A stretch of DNA of 64,000 nucleotides from Eledone cirrhosa (lineage: Eukaryota): the NCBI GenBank assembly GCA_964016885.1, contig OZ024744.1, positions 7,998,001-8,062,000 of the forward strand, in the 5' to 3' direction. Below the pieces are notes generated by a model. That model worked only from the letters and a program-made list of their open reading frames with translations. It ran no database searches and was not told the DNA's origin. The position numbers were made by a program, and so were the translations under genes. Numbering within the stretch: the first letter of the stretch is position 1; every line of letters starts with the position of its first letter. Shown piece by piece: positions 1-11,600 of the stretch.

Positions 1-180
1 CTAGGGTGGTGGAGTGACAGTATAGATAGAGGGTATGTTACCATACTAGGGTGTTGGATTGGTAGTATTGGTAGAGGGTGTGACACCATACTAGGGTGGT
101 GGAGTGACAGTATAGATAGAGGGTGTGTCACCATACTAGGGTGGTGGATTGGTAGTATAGGTAGAGGGTGTGTCCCCATA

Positions 181-3100
181 CTAGGGTGGTAGGGTGACAG
201 TATATGTAGAGGGTGTGACACCATACTAGGGTGGTAGATTGGTAGTATAGATAGAGGGTGTGACACCATGGTAGGGTGGTAGATTGGTAGCATTAGTAGA
301 GGGTGTGACACCATACTAGGGTGGTGGATTGGTAGTATTAGTAGAGGGTGTGACACCATACTAGGGTGGTGGATTGGTAGTATTGGTAGAGGGTGTGACA
401 CCATACTAGTGTGGTGGATTGGCAGTATAGATAGAGGGTTTGACACCATACTAGGGTGGTAGATTGGTAGTATAGGTAGAGGGTGTGACACCATACTAGG
501 GTGGTAGATTGGTAGTATTGGTAGAGGGTGTGACACCATGTTAGGGTGGTAGATTAGTAGTATAGGTAGAGGGTTTGACACCATACTAGGGTGGTAGATA
601 GGTAGTACAGGTAGAGGGTTTGACACCATAGTAGGGTGGTGGATTGACAGTATAGGTAGAGGGTGTGACACCATTCTAGGGTGGTAAATTGGTAGTATAG
701 GTAAAGGGTGTGACACTATACTAAGGTGGTGGATTGGTAGTATAGGTAGAGGGTGTGACACCATACTAGGGTGGTAGATAGGTAGTATAGATAGAGGGTG
801 TGACACCATGGTAGGGTGGTAGATTGCTAGTATTAGTAGAGGGTGTGACACAATACTAGGGTGGTGGATTGGTAGTATTGTTAGAGGGTATGACACCATA
901 CTAGGGTGGTGGATTGGTAGTATTGGTAGAGGGTGTGACACCATACTAGCGTGGTGGATTGGCACTATATGTAGAGGGTTTGACACCATACTAAGGTGGT
1001 AGATTGGTAGTATAGGTAGAGGGTGTGACACCATACTAGGGTGGTGGATTGGTAGAAGTGGTAGAGGGTGTGATACCATACTAGGGTGGTGGATTGGTAG
1101 TATTGTTAGAGGGTGTGACACCATACTAGGGTGGTAGATAGGTAGTATTGGTAGAGGGTGTGACACCATACTAAGGTGGTAGATTGGTAGTATAGGTAGA
1201 GGGTGTGACACCATACTAGGGTGTTGGATTGGTAGTATTGGTAGAGGGTGTGACACCATGTTAGGGTGGTGGATTGGTAGTATTGGTAGAGGTTGTGACA
1301 CCATACTAGAGTGGTGGATTGGTAGTATAGGTAGCGGGTGTGACACCATACTAGGGTGGTAGATTGGTAGTATTGGTAGAGGATGTGACACCATACTAGG
1401 GTGGTGGATTGGCAGTATAGGTAGATGATGTGACACCATGTTAGGGTGGTAGATTGGAAGTATAGGTAGAGGGTGTGACAGCATACTAGGGTGGTGGATT
1501 GGTAGTATAGGTAGAGGGTCTGACACCATGTTAGGGTGGTGGATTGGTAGTATTGGTAGAGGGTGTGACACTATTGTAGGGTGGTAGATTGGTAGTATTG
1601 GTAGAGGGTGTGACACCATACTAGGGTGGTTGATTGGTAGTATAGGTAGAGGGTGTGACACCATACTTGGGTGGTAGATTGGTAGTATTGGTAGAGGGGG
1701 TGACACCATACTAGGGTGGTAGAATGGTAGTATTGGTAGAGGGTGTGACACCATACTAGGGTGGTGGATTGGCAGTAGACGTAGAGGGTGTGACACCATG
1801 TTAGGGTGGTAGAATGGTAGTATAGGTAGAGGGTGTGACATCATACTAGGGTGGTGGATTGGTAGTATAGGTAGAGGGTCTGACACCATGTTAGGGTGGT
1901 GGATTGGTAGTATAGGTAGAGGGTCTGACACCATACTAGGGTGGTGGATTGACAGTATAGGTAGAGGCTGTGACACCATACTAGGGTGGTGGATTAGTAG
2001 TATTGGTAGAGGGTCTGACACCATACTAGGGTGGTGGATTGGTAGTATAGGTAGAGGGTGTGACACCATACTAGGGTCTTGGATTGACAGTATATGTAGA
2101 GGGTGTGACACCATACTAGGGTGGTAGATTGGTAGTATAGGTAGAGGGTGTGAAACAATGTTAGGGTGGTGGATTGGTAGTATTGGTAGAGGGTCTAACA
2201 CCATACTAGGGTGGTGGATTGGTAGTATTGGTAGAGGGTGTGACACCATACTAGGGTGGTAGATTGGTAGTATTGGTAGAGGGTGTGACACCATACGAGG
2301 GTGGTGGATTGGTAGTATAAGTAGAGGGTGTGATACCATACTAGGGTGGTGGATTGGTAGTATAGGTAGAGGGTGTGACACCATACTAGGGTGGTGGATT
2401 GGTAGTATTGGTAAAGGGATTGACGCCATACTAGGGTGGTGGATTGGTAGTATAGGTAGAGGGTGTGACACCATACTAGGGTGGTGGATTAGTAGTATAG
2501 GTAGCGGGCGTGACACCATAATAGGGTGGTGGAATGGTAGTATTGGTAGAGGGTGTGAAACCATACTAGGGTGGTGTATTGACAGTATAGGTAGAGGGTG
2601 TGACACCATACTAGGGTGGTGGATTGGTAGTATTGGTAGAGGATGTGACATCATACTAGGGTGGTGGATTGGTAGTATAGGTAGAGGGTGTGACACCATG
2701 TTAGGGTGGTAGATTAGTAGTATAGGTAGAGGGTGTGACACCATACTAGGGTGGTGGATTGGTAGTATTGGTAGAGGGTGTGACAACATACTAGGGTGGT
2801 GGATTGGTAGTATTGGTAGAGGGTGTGACACCATACTAGGGTGGTAGATTGGTAGTATTGGTAGAGGGGGTGACACCATACTAGGGTGGTGGATTGCTAG
2901 TATTGGTAGAGGGTGTGACAACATACTAGATTGGTGGATTGGTAGTGTTGGTAGAGGGTCTGACACCATGTTAGGGTGGTGGATTGGTAGTATTGGTAGA
3001 GGGTGTGACACCATGTTAGGTTGGTGGATTGGTAGTATTGGTAGAGGGTGTGACACCATACGAGGGTGGTGGATTGGTAGTATAGATAGAGGGTGTGATA

Positions 3101-6100
3101 CCATACTAGGGTGATGGATTGGTAGTATAGGTAGAGAGTGTGTCAACATACTAGGGTGGTGGATTGGTAGTATTGGTAGAGGGTGTGGCACCATACTAGG
3201 CTGGTGGATTGTTAGTATTGGTAGAAGGTGTGACACCATACTAGGGTGGTGGATTGGTAGTATTGGAAGAGGGTGTGACACCATACTAAGGTGGTGGAGT
3301 GACAGTATAGTTAGAGGGTGTGACACCATACTAGGGTGGTAAATTGGTTGTATAGGTAAAGGGTGTGACACCATACTAGGGTGGGGGATTGGTATTATAG
3401 GTAGAGAGGGTGACACCAAACTAGGGTGGTAGATAGGTAGTATAGGTAGAGGGTGTGACACCATGGTAGGGTGGTAGATTACTAGTATTAGTAGAGGGTG
3501 TGACACAATACTAGGGTGGTGGATTGGTAGTATTGGTAGAGGGTATGACACCATACTAGGGTGGTGGATTGGTAGTATTGGTGGAGGGTGTGACACCATA
3601 CTAGGGTGGTGGATTGGCACTATAGGTAGAGGGTTTTACAACATACTAGGGTGGTAGATTGGTAGTATAGGTAGAGAGTGTGACACCATACTAGGGTAGT
3701 GGATTGGTAGTATAGGTAGAGGGTGTGACACCATACTAGGGTGGTGGATTGTTAGTAGTGGTAGAGGGTGTGATACCATACAAGGGTGGTGGATTGGTAG
3801 TATTGTTAGAGGGTGTGACACCATACTAGGGTGGTAGATAGGTAGTGTTGGTAGAGGGTGTGACACCATACTAGTGTGGTAGATTGGTAGTATAGGTAGA
3901 GGGTGTAACACCATACTAGGGTGGTGGATTGGTAGTATTGGTAGAGCGTGTGACACCATGTTAGGGTGGTGGATTGGTAGTATTGGTAGAGGGTGTGACA
4001 CAAAACTATGGTAGTGGATTGGTAGTATAGGTAGAGGGTGTGACACCATACTAGGGTGGTAGATTGGTAGTATTGGTAGAGGATGTGACAACATACTAGT
4101 GTGGTGGATTGGTAGTATAGGTAGAGGGTCTGACACCATGTTAGGGTGGTGGATTGGTAGTATTAGTAGAGGGTTTGACACCATACTAGGGTGGTGGATT
4201 GGTAGTATAGGTAGAGGGTCTGACACCATGATAGGGTGTTGGATTGGTAGTATTGGTAGAGTGTCTGACACCATACTAGGGTGGTGGATTGCTAGTATAG
4301 GTAGAGGGTGTGACACCATACTAGGGTGGTGGATTGATAGTATAAATAGAGGGTGTGACACCATACTAGGGTGGTGGATTGGTAGTATTGGTAGAGGGTC
4401 TGACACCATACTAGGGTGGTGGAATGGTAGTATAGGTAGAGGGTGTGACACCATACTAGGGTCTTGGATTGACAGTATATGTAGAGGGTGTGACACCATA
4501 CTAGGGTGGTAGATTGGTAGTATAGGTAGAGGGTGTGAAACCATGTTAGGGTGGTGGATTGGTAGTATAGTTAGAGTGTGTGACACCATACAAGGGTGGT
4601 GGATTGGTAGTATAGGTAGAGGGTGTGAAACCATACTTGGGTGGTAGATTGGTAGTATTGGTAGAGGGTGTGACACCATACTAGGGTGGTAGAGTGACAG
4701 TAAGGGTAGATGGTGTGACACCATGTTAGGGTGGTGGATTGGTAGTATAGGTAGAGGGTGTGACACCATACTAGGGTGGTAGTTTGGTAGTATAGGTAGA
4801 GGGTGTGACACCATGGTAGGGTGGTAGATTGGTAGTATTAGTAGAGGGTGTGACACCATACAAGGGTGGTGGATTAGTAGTATTGGTAGAGGGTGTGACA
4901 CCATACTAGGGTGGTTGATTGGTAGTGTTGGTAGAGGGTGTTACACCATACTAGGCTGGTAGATTGGTAGTATTGGTAGAGGGTGTGACACCATACTAGG
5001 TTGGTGGATTGGTAGTGTTGGTAGAGCGTGTGACACCATACTAGCGTGGGGGATTGGTAGTATAGGTAGAGGTTGTGACAACATACTAGGGTGGTGGATT
5101 GGTAGTATTGGTAGAGGGTGTGACACCATTCTAGGGTGGTAGATTGGTAGTATAGGTAGAGGGTGTGATACCATGGTAGGGTGGTAGATTGGTAGTATTA
5201 GTAGAGGGTGTGACACGATACTAGGGTGGTGGATTGGTAGTATTGGTAGAGTGTGTGACACCATACTAGTGTGCTGGATTGACAGTATAGGTAGAGGGTG
5301 TGACACCATACTAGGGTGGTGGAGTGGTAGTATAGGTAGAGGGTGTGACACCATACTATGGTGGTAGATTGGTAGTATTGGTAGAGGGTGTGACACCATA
5401 TTAGGGTGGTAGGGTGACAGTATATGTAGAGGGTGTGACACCATACTAGGGTGGTAGATTGGTAGTATAGATAGAGGGTGTGACACCATGGTAGGTTGGT
5501 AGATTGGTAGCATTAGTAGAGGATGTGACACCATACTAGGGTGGTGGATTGGTAGTTTTAGTAGAGGGTGTGACACCATACTAGGGAGGTGGATTGGTAG
5601 TATTGGTAGAGGGTGTGACACCATACTAGTGTGGTGGATTGGCAGTATAGATAGAGGGTTTGACACCATACTAGGGTGGTAGATTGGTAGTATAGGTAGA
5701 GGGTGTGACACCATACTAGGGTGGTAGATTGGTAGTATTGGTAGAGGTTGTGACACCATGTTAGGGTGGTAGATTGGTAGTATAGGTAGAGGGTTTGACA
5801 CCATACTAGGGTGGTAGATAGGTAGTATTGGTAGAGGGTGTGACACCATAGTAGGGTGGTGGATTGACAGTAAAGGTAGAGGCTGTGACACCATTCTAGG
5901 GTGGTAGATTGACAGTATAGGTAGAGGGTGTGACACCATTCTAGGGTGGTAAATTGGTAGTATAGGTAAAGGGTTTGACACCATACTAAGGTGGTGGATT
6001 GGTAGTATAGATAGAGGGTGTGACACCATACTAGGGTGGTAGATAGGTAGTATAGATAGAGGGTGTGACACCATGGTAGGGTGGTAGTTTGCTAGTATTA

Positions 6101-7800
6101 TTAGAGGGTGTGACACAATACTAGGGTGGTGGATTGGTAGTATTGTTAGAGGGTATGACACCATACTAGGGTGGTGGATTGGTAGTATTGGTAGAGGGTG
6201 TGACACCATACTAGCGTGGTGGATTGGCACTATATGTAGAGGGTTTGACACCATACTAAGGTGGTAGATTGTTAGTATAGGTAGAGGGTGTGACACCATA
6301 CTAGGGTGGTGGATTGGTAGTAGTGGTAGAGGGTGTGATACCATACTAGGGTGGTGGATTGGTAGTATTGTTAGAGGGTGTGACACCATACTAGGGTGGT
6401 AGATAGGTAGTATTGGTAGAGGGTGTGACACCATACTAAGGTGGTAGATTGGTAGTATAGGTAGAGCGTGTGACACCATACTAGGGTGTTGGATTGGTAG
6501 TATTGGTAGAGGGTGTGACACCATGTTAGGGTGGTGGATTGGTAGTATTGGTACAGGTTGTGACACCATACTAGAGTGGTGGATTGGTAGTATAGGTAGC
6601 GGGTGTGACACCATACTAGGGTGGTAGATTGGTAGTATTGGTAGAGGACGTGACACCATAATAGGGTGGTGGATTGGCAGTATAGGTAGATGATGTGACA
6701 CCATGTTAGGGTGGTAGATTGGAAGTATAGGTAGAGGGTGTGACAGCATACTAGGGTGGTGGATTGGTAGTATAGGTAGAGGGTCTGACACCATGTTAGG
6801 GTGGTGGATTGGTAGTATTGGTAGAGGGTGTGACACCATGTTAGGGTGGTGGATTGGTAGTATTGGTAGAGGGTGTGACACCATTGTAGGGTGGTAGATT
6901 GGTAGTATTGGTAGAGGGTGTGACACCATACTAGGGTGGTTGATTGGTAGTATAGGTAGAGGGTGTGACACCATACTTGGGTGGTAGATTGGTAGTATTG
7001 GTAGAGGGGGTGACACCATACTAGGGTGGTAGAATGGTAGTATTGGTAGAGGGTGTGACACCATACTAGGGTGGTGGATTGGCAGTAGACGTAGAGGGTG
7101 TGACACCATGTTAGGGTGGTAGAATGGTAGTATAGGTAGAGGGTGTGACATCATACTAGGGTGGTGGATTGATAATATAGGTAGAGGGTCTGACACCATG
7201 TTAGGGTGGTGGATTGGTCGTATAGGTAGAGGGTCTGACAGCATACTAGGGTGGTGGATTGCTAGTATAGGTAGAGGGTGTGACACCATACTAGGTTGGT
7301 GGATTGACAGTATAGTTAGAGGGTGTGACACCATACTAGGGTGGTGGATTAGTAGTATTGGTAGAGGGTCTGACACCATACTAGGGTGGTGGATTGGTGG
7401 TATATGTAGAGGGTGTGACACCATACTAGGGTCTTGGATTGACAGTATATGTAGAGGGTGTGACACCATACTAGGGTGGTAGATTGGTAGTATAGGTAGA
7501 GGGTGTGAAACCATGTTAGGGTGGTGGATTGGTAGTATTGGTAGAGGGTCTAACACCATACTAGGGTGGTGGATTGGTAGTATTGGTAGAGGGTGTGACA
7601 CCATACTAGGGTGGTAGATTGGTAGTATTGGTAGAGGGTGTGACACCATACGAGCGTGGTGGATTGGTAGTATAAGTATAGGGTGTGATACCATACTAGG
7701 GTGGTGGATTGGCAGTATAGGTAGAGGGTGTGACACCATACTAGGGTGGTGGATTGGTAGTATTGGTAAAGAGATTGACGCCATACTAGGGTGATGGATT
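181..7800. repeat. Internal segmental duplication: ~181-2430 copied at ~5401-7790
   Basis: Rare variants occur in the same order in both copies: AGGGTGACAG 191/5411, GTAGCGGG 1331/6596, GGCAGTAGAC 1771/7081, GTAAAG.GATTGACGCC 2411/7766. Confidence 0.85.
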
Positions 7801-7920
7801 GGTAGTATAGGTAGAGGGTGTGACACCATACTAGGGTGGTGGATTGGTAGTATAGGTAGAGGGTGTGACACCATGGTAGGGTGGTAGATTACTAGTATTA
7901 GTAGAGGGTGTGACACCATG

Positions 7921-8640
7921 GTAGGGTGGTAGATTGGTAGTATTAGTAGAGGGTGTGACACCATACAAGGGTGGTGGATTAGTAATATTTGTAGAGGGTG
8001 TGACACCATACTAGGGTGTTTGATTGGTAGATTGGTAGAGGGTGTTACACCATACTAGGGTGGTAGATTGGTAGTATTGGTAGAGGGTGTGACACCATAC
8101 TAGGTTGGTGGATTGGTAGTGTTGGTAGAGCGTGTGACACCATACTAGCGTGGGGGATTGGTAGTATAGGTAGAGGTTGTGACAACATACTAGGGTGGTG
8201 GATTGGTAGTATTGGTAGAGGGTGTGACACAATGTTAGGGTGGTAGATTGGTAGTATAGGTAGAGGGTGTGACACCATGGTAGGGTGGTAGATTGGTAGT
8301 ATTAGTAGAGGGTGTGACACCATACAAGGGTGGTGGATTAGTAGTATTGGTAGAGGGTGTGACACCATACTAGGGTGGTTGATTGGTAGTATTGGTAGAG
8401 GGTGTTACACCATACTAGGGTGGTAGATAGGTAGTATTGGTAGAGGGTGTGACACCATAATAGGGTGGTGGATTGGTAGTGTTGGTAGAGCGTGTGACAC
8501 CATACAAGCGTGGGGGATTGGTAGTATAGGTAGAGGTTGTGACAACATACTTGGGTGGTGGATTGGTAGTATAGGTAGAGGGTGTGACACCATGGTAGGG
8601 TGGTAGATTGGTAGTATTGGTAGAGGGTGTGACACCATAC
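7921..8640. repeat. Tandem 8-monomer (360-bp) higher-order duplication
   Basis: AGCGTGGGGGATT at ~8148 and ~8508, and GTGTTACAC at ~8042 and ~8402. A further copy of the block lies at ~4800-5130. Confidence 0.8.
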
Positions 8641-11600
8641 TAGGGTGGTGGATTGGTAGTATAGGTAGAGGGTGTGATACCATACTAGGGTGATGGATTG
8701 GTAGTATAGGTAGAGGGTGTGACACTATACTAGGGTTGTGGATTGGTAATATTGGTAGAGAGTGTGACACCATACTAGGGTGGTGGATTGTTAGTATTGG
8801 TAGAGGGTGTGACACCATACTAGGGTGGTGGATTGGTAGTATAGGTAGAGGGTGTGACACCATACTAGGGTGGTGGATTGGTAATATATGTAGAGGGTGT
8901 GATACCATACTAGGGTGGTGGATTGGTATTATAGGTAGAGGGTGTGACACCATACTAGTATGGTGGATTGGCAGTATAGGTAGAGGGTGTGACACCATAC
9001 TAGTATGGTGGATTGGCAGTATAAGTAGAGGGTGTGACACCATACTAGGCTGGTGGATTGGTAGTATAGGTAGAGGGTGTGACACCATACTAGGGTGGTG
9101 GATTGACAGTATAGGTAGAGGGTGTGACACCATACTAGGGTGATAGATTGGTAGTATAGTTAGAGGGTGTGACAAAATGGTAGGGTGGTAGATTGGTAGT
9201 ATTAGTAGAGGGTGTAACACCATACTAGGGTGGTGGATTGGTAGTATTAGTAGAGGGTGTGACACCATACTAGGGTGGTAGATTGGTAGTATAGGTAGAG
9301 GGTTTGACACCATACTAGGGTGGTAGATTGGTAGTATAGGTAGAGGGTGTGACACCATACTAGGGTGGTGGATTGACAGTATAGGTAGTGGGTGTGACAC
9401 CATACTAGGGTGGTAGATTTGTAGTATAGGTAGAGGGTGTGAAACCATGTTAGAGTGGTGGGTTGGTAGTATTGGTAGAGGGTGTGACACCATACTCGGG
9501 TGGTGGATTGGTAAAATATGTAGAGGGTGTGACACCATACTAGGGTGGTAGATTGGTAGTATTGGTAGAGGGTGTGACACCATACTAGGCTGGTGGATTA
9601 GTAGTATATGTAGAGGGTGTGACACCATACTAGGGTGGTAGATAGGTAGTATAGGTAGAGGGTGTGACACCATGGTAGGGTGGTAGATTGCTAGTATTAG
9701 TAGTGGATGTGACACAATACTAGGGTGGTGGATTGGTAGTATTGGTAGAGGGTATGACACCATACTAGGGTGGTGGATTGGTAGTATTGGTAAAGGGTGT
9801 GACACCATACTAGGGTGGTGGATTGGCACTATAGGTAGAGGGTTTGACACCATACTAGGGTGGTAGATTGGTAGTATAGTTAGAGCGTGTGACACCATAC
9901 TAGGGTGGTGGATTGGTAGTATAGGTAGAGGGTGTGACACCATACTAGGGTGGTGGATTGTTTGTAGTGGTAGAGGGTGTGATACCATACAAGGGTGGTG
10001 GATTGGTAGTATTGTTAGAGGGTGTACACCATACTAGGGTGGTAGATAGGTAGTATTGGTAGAGGGTGTGACACCATACTAGGGTGGTAGATTGGTAGTA
10101 TAGGTAGAGGGTGTGACACCATACTAGGGTGGTGGATTGGTAGTATTGGTAGAGGGTGTGACACCATGTTAGGGTGGTGGATTGGTAGTATTGGTAGAGG
10201 GTGTGACACCATACTAGAGTGGTGGATTGGTAGTATAGGTAGAGGGTGTGACACCATACTAGGGTGGTAGGTTGGTAGTATTGGTAGAGGATGTGACACC
10301 ATACTAGTGTGGTGGTTTGGTAGTATAGGTAGAGGGTCTGACACCATGTTAGGGTGGTGGATTGGTACAATTAGTAGAGGGTGTGACACCATGTTAGGGT
10401 GGTGGATTGGTAGTATTGGTAGAGGGTCTGACACCTTACTAGGGTGGTGGATTGGTAGTATTGGTAGAGGGTGTGACACCATACTAGGCTGGTAGATTGT
10501 AGTATTGGAAGAGGGTGTGACACCATACAAGGGTGGTGGATTACTAGTATTGGTAGAGGGTGTGACACCATACTAGGGTGGTTGATTGGTAGTATTGGTA
10601 GAGGGTGTGACACCATACTATGGTGGTGGATTGGTAGTATTAGTAGAGGGTGTGACACCGTACTAGGGTGGTGGATTGGTAGTATAGGTAGAGTGTGTGA
10701 CACCATACTAGGGAGGTGGATTGACAGTATAGGTAGAGGGTGTGACACCATACTAGTGTGATAGATTGGTAGTATAGTTAGAGGGTGTGACAAAATGGTA
10801 GGGTGGTAGATTGGTAGTATTAGTAGAGGGTGTAACACCATACTAGGGTGGTGGATTGGTAGTATTAGTAGAGGGTGTGACACCGTACTAGGGTGGTGAA
10901 TTGGTAGTATTGGTAGAGGGTGTGACACCATACTAGGGTGGTGGATTGGCAGTATAGAGAGAGGGTTTGACACCATACTAGGGTGGTAGATTGGTAGTAT
11001 AGGTAGAGGGTGTGACACCATGGTAGGGTGGTAGATTGGTAGTATTAGTAGAGGGTGTGACACCATACTAGGGTGGTAGATTGGTAGCATAGGTAGAGGG
11101 TTTGACACCATACTAGGGTGGTAGATAGGTAGTATTGGTAGAGGGTGTGACACCATACTAGGGTGGTGGATTGACAGTATAGGTAGAGGGTGTGACACCA
11201 TACTAGGGTGGTAGATAGGTAGTATAGGTAGAGGGTGTGACACCATGGTAGGGTGGTAGATTGCTAGTATTAGTAGAGGATGTGACACAATACAAGGGTG
11301 GTGGATTGGTAGAATTGGTAGAGGGTATGACACCATACTAGGGTGGTGGATTGGTAGTATTGGTAGAGGGTGTGACACCATACTAGGGTGGTGGATTGGT
11401 AGTAGTGGTAGAGGGTGTGATACCATACTAGGCTGGTGGATTGGTAGTATTGTTAGAGGGTATGACACCATACTAGGGTGGTAGATAGGTAGTATTGGTA
11501 GAGGGTGTGACATCATACTAGAGTGGTGGATTGGTAGTATAGGTAGAGGGTGTGACACCATACTAGGGTGGTAGATTGGTAGTATTGTTAGAGGATGTGA

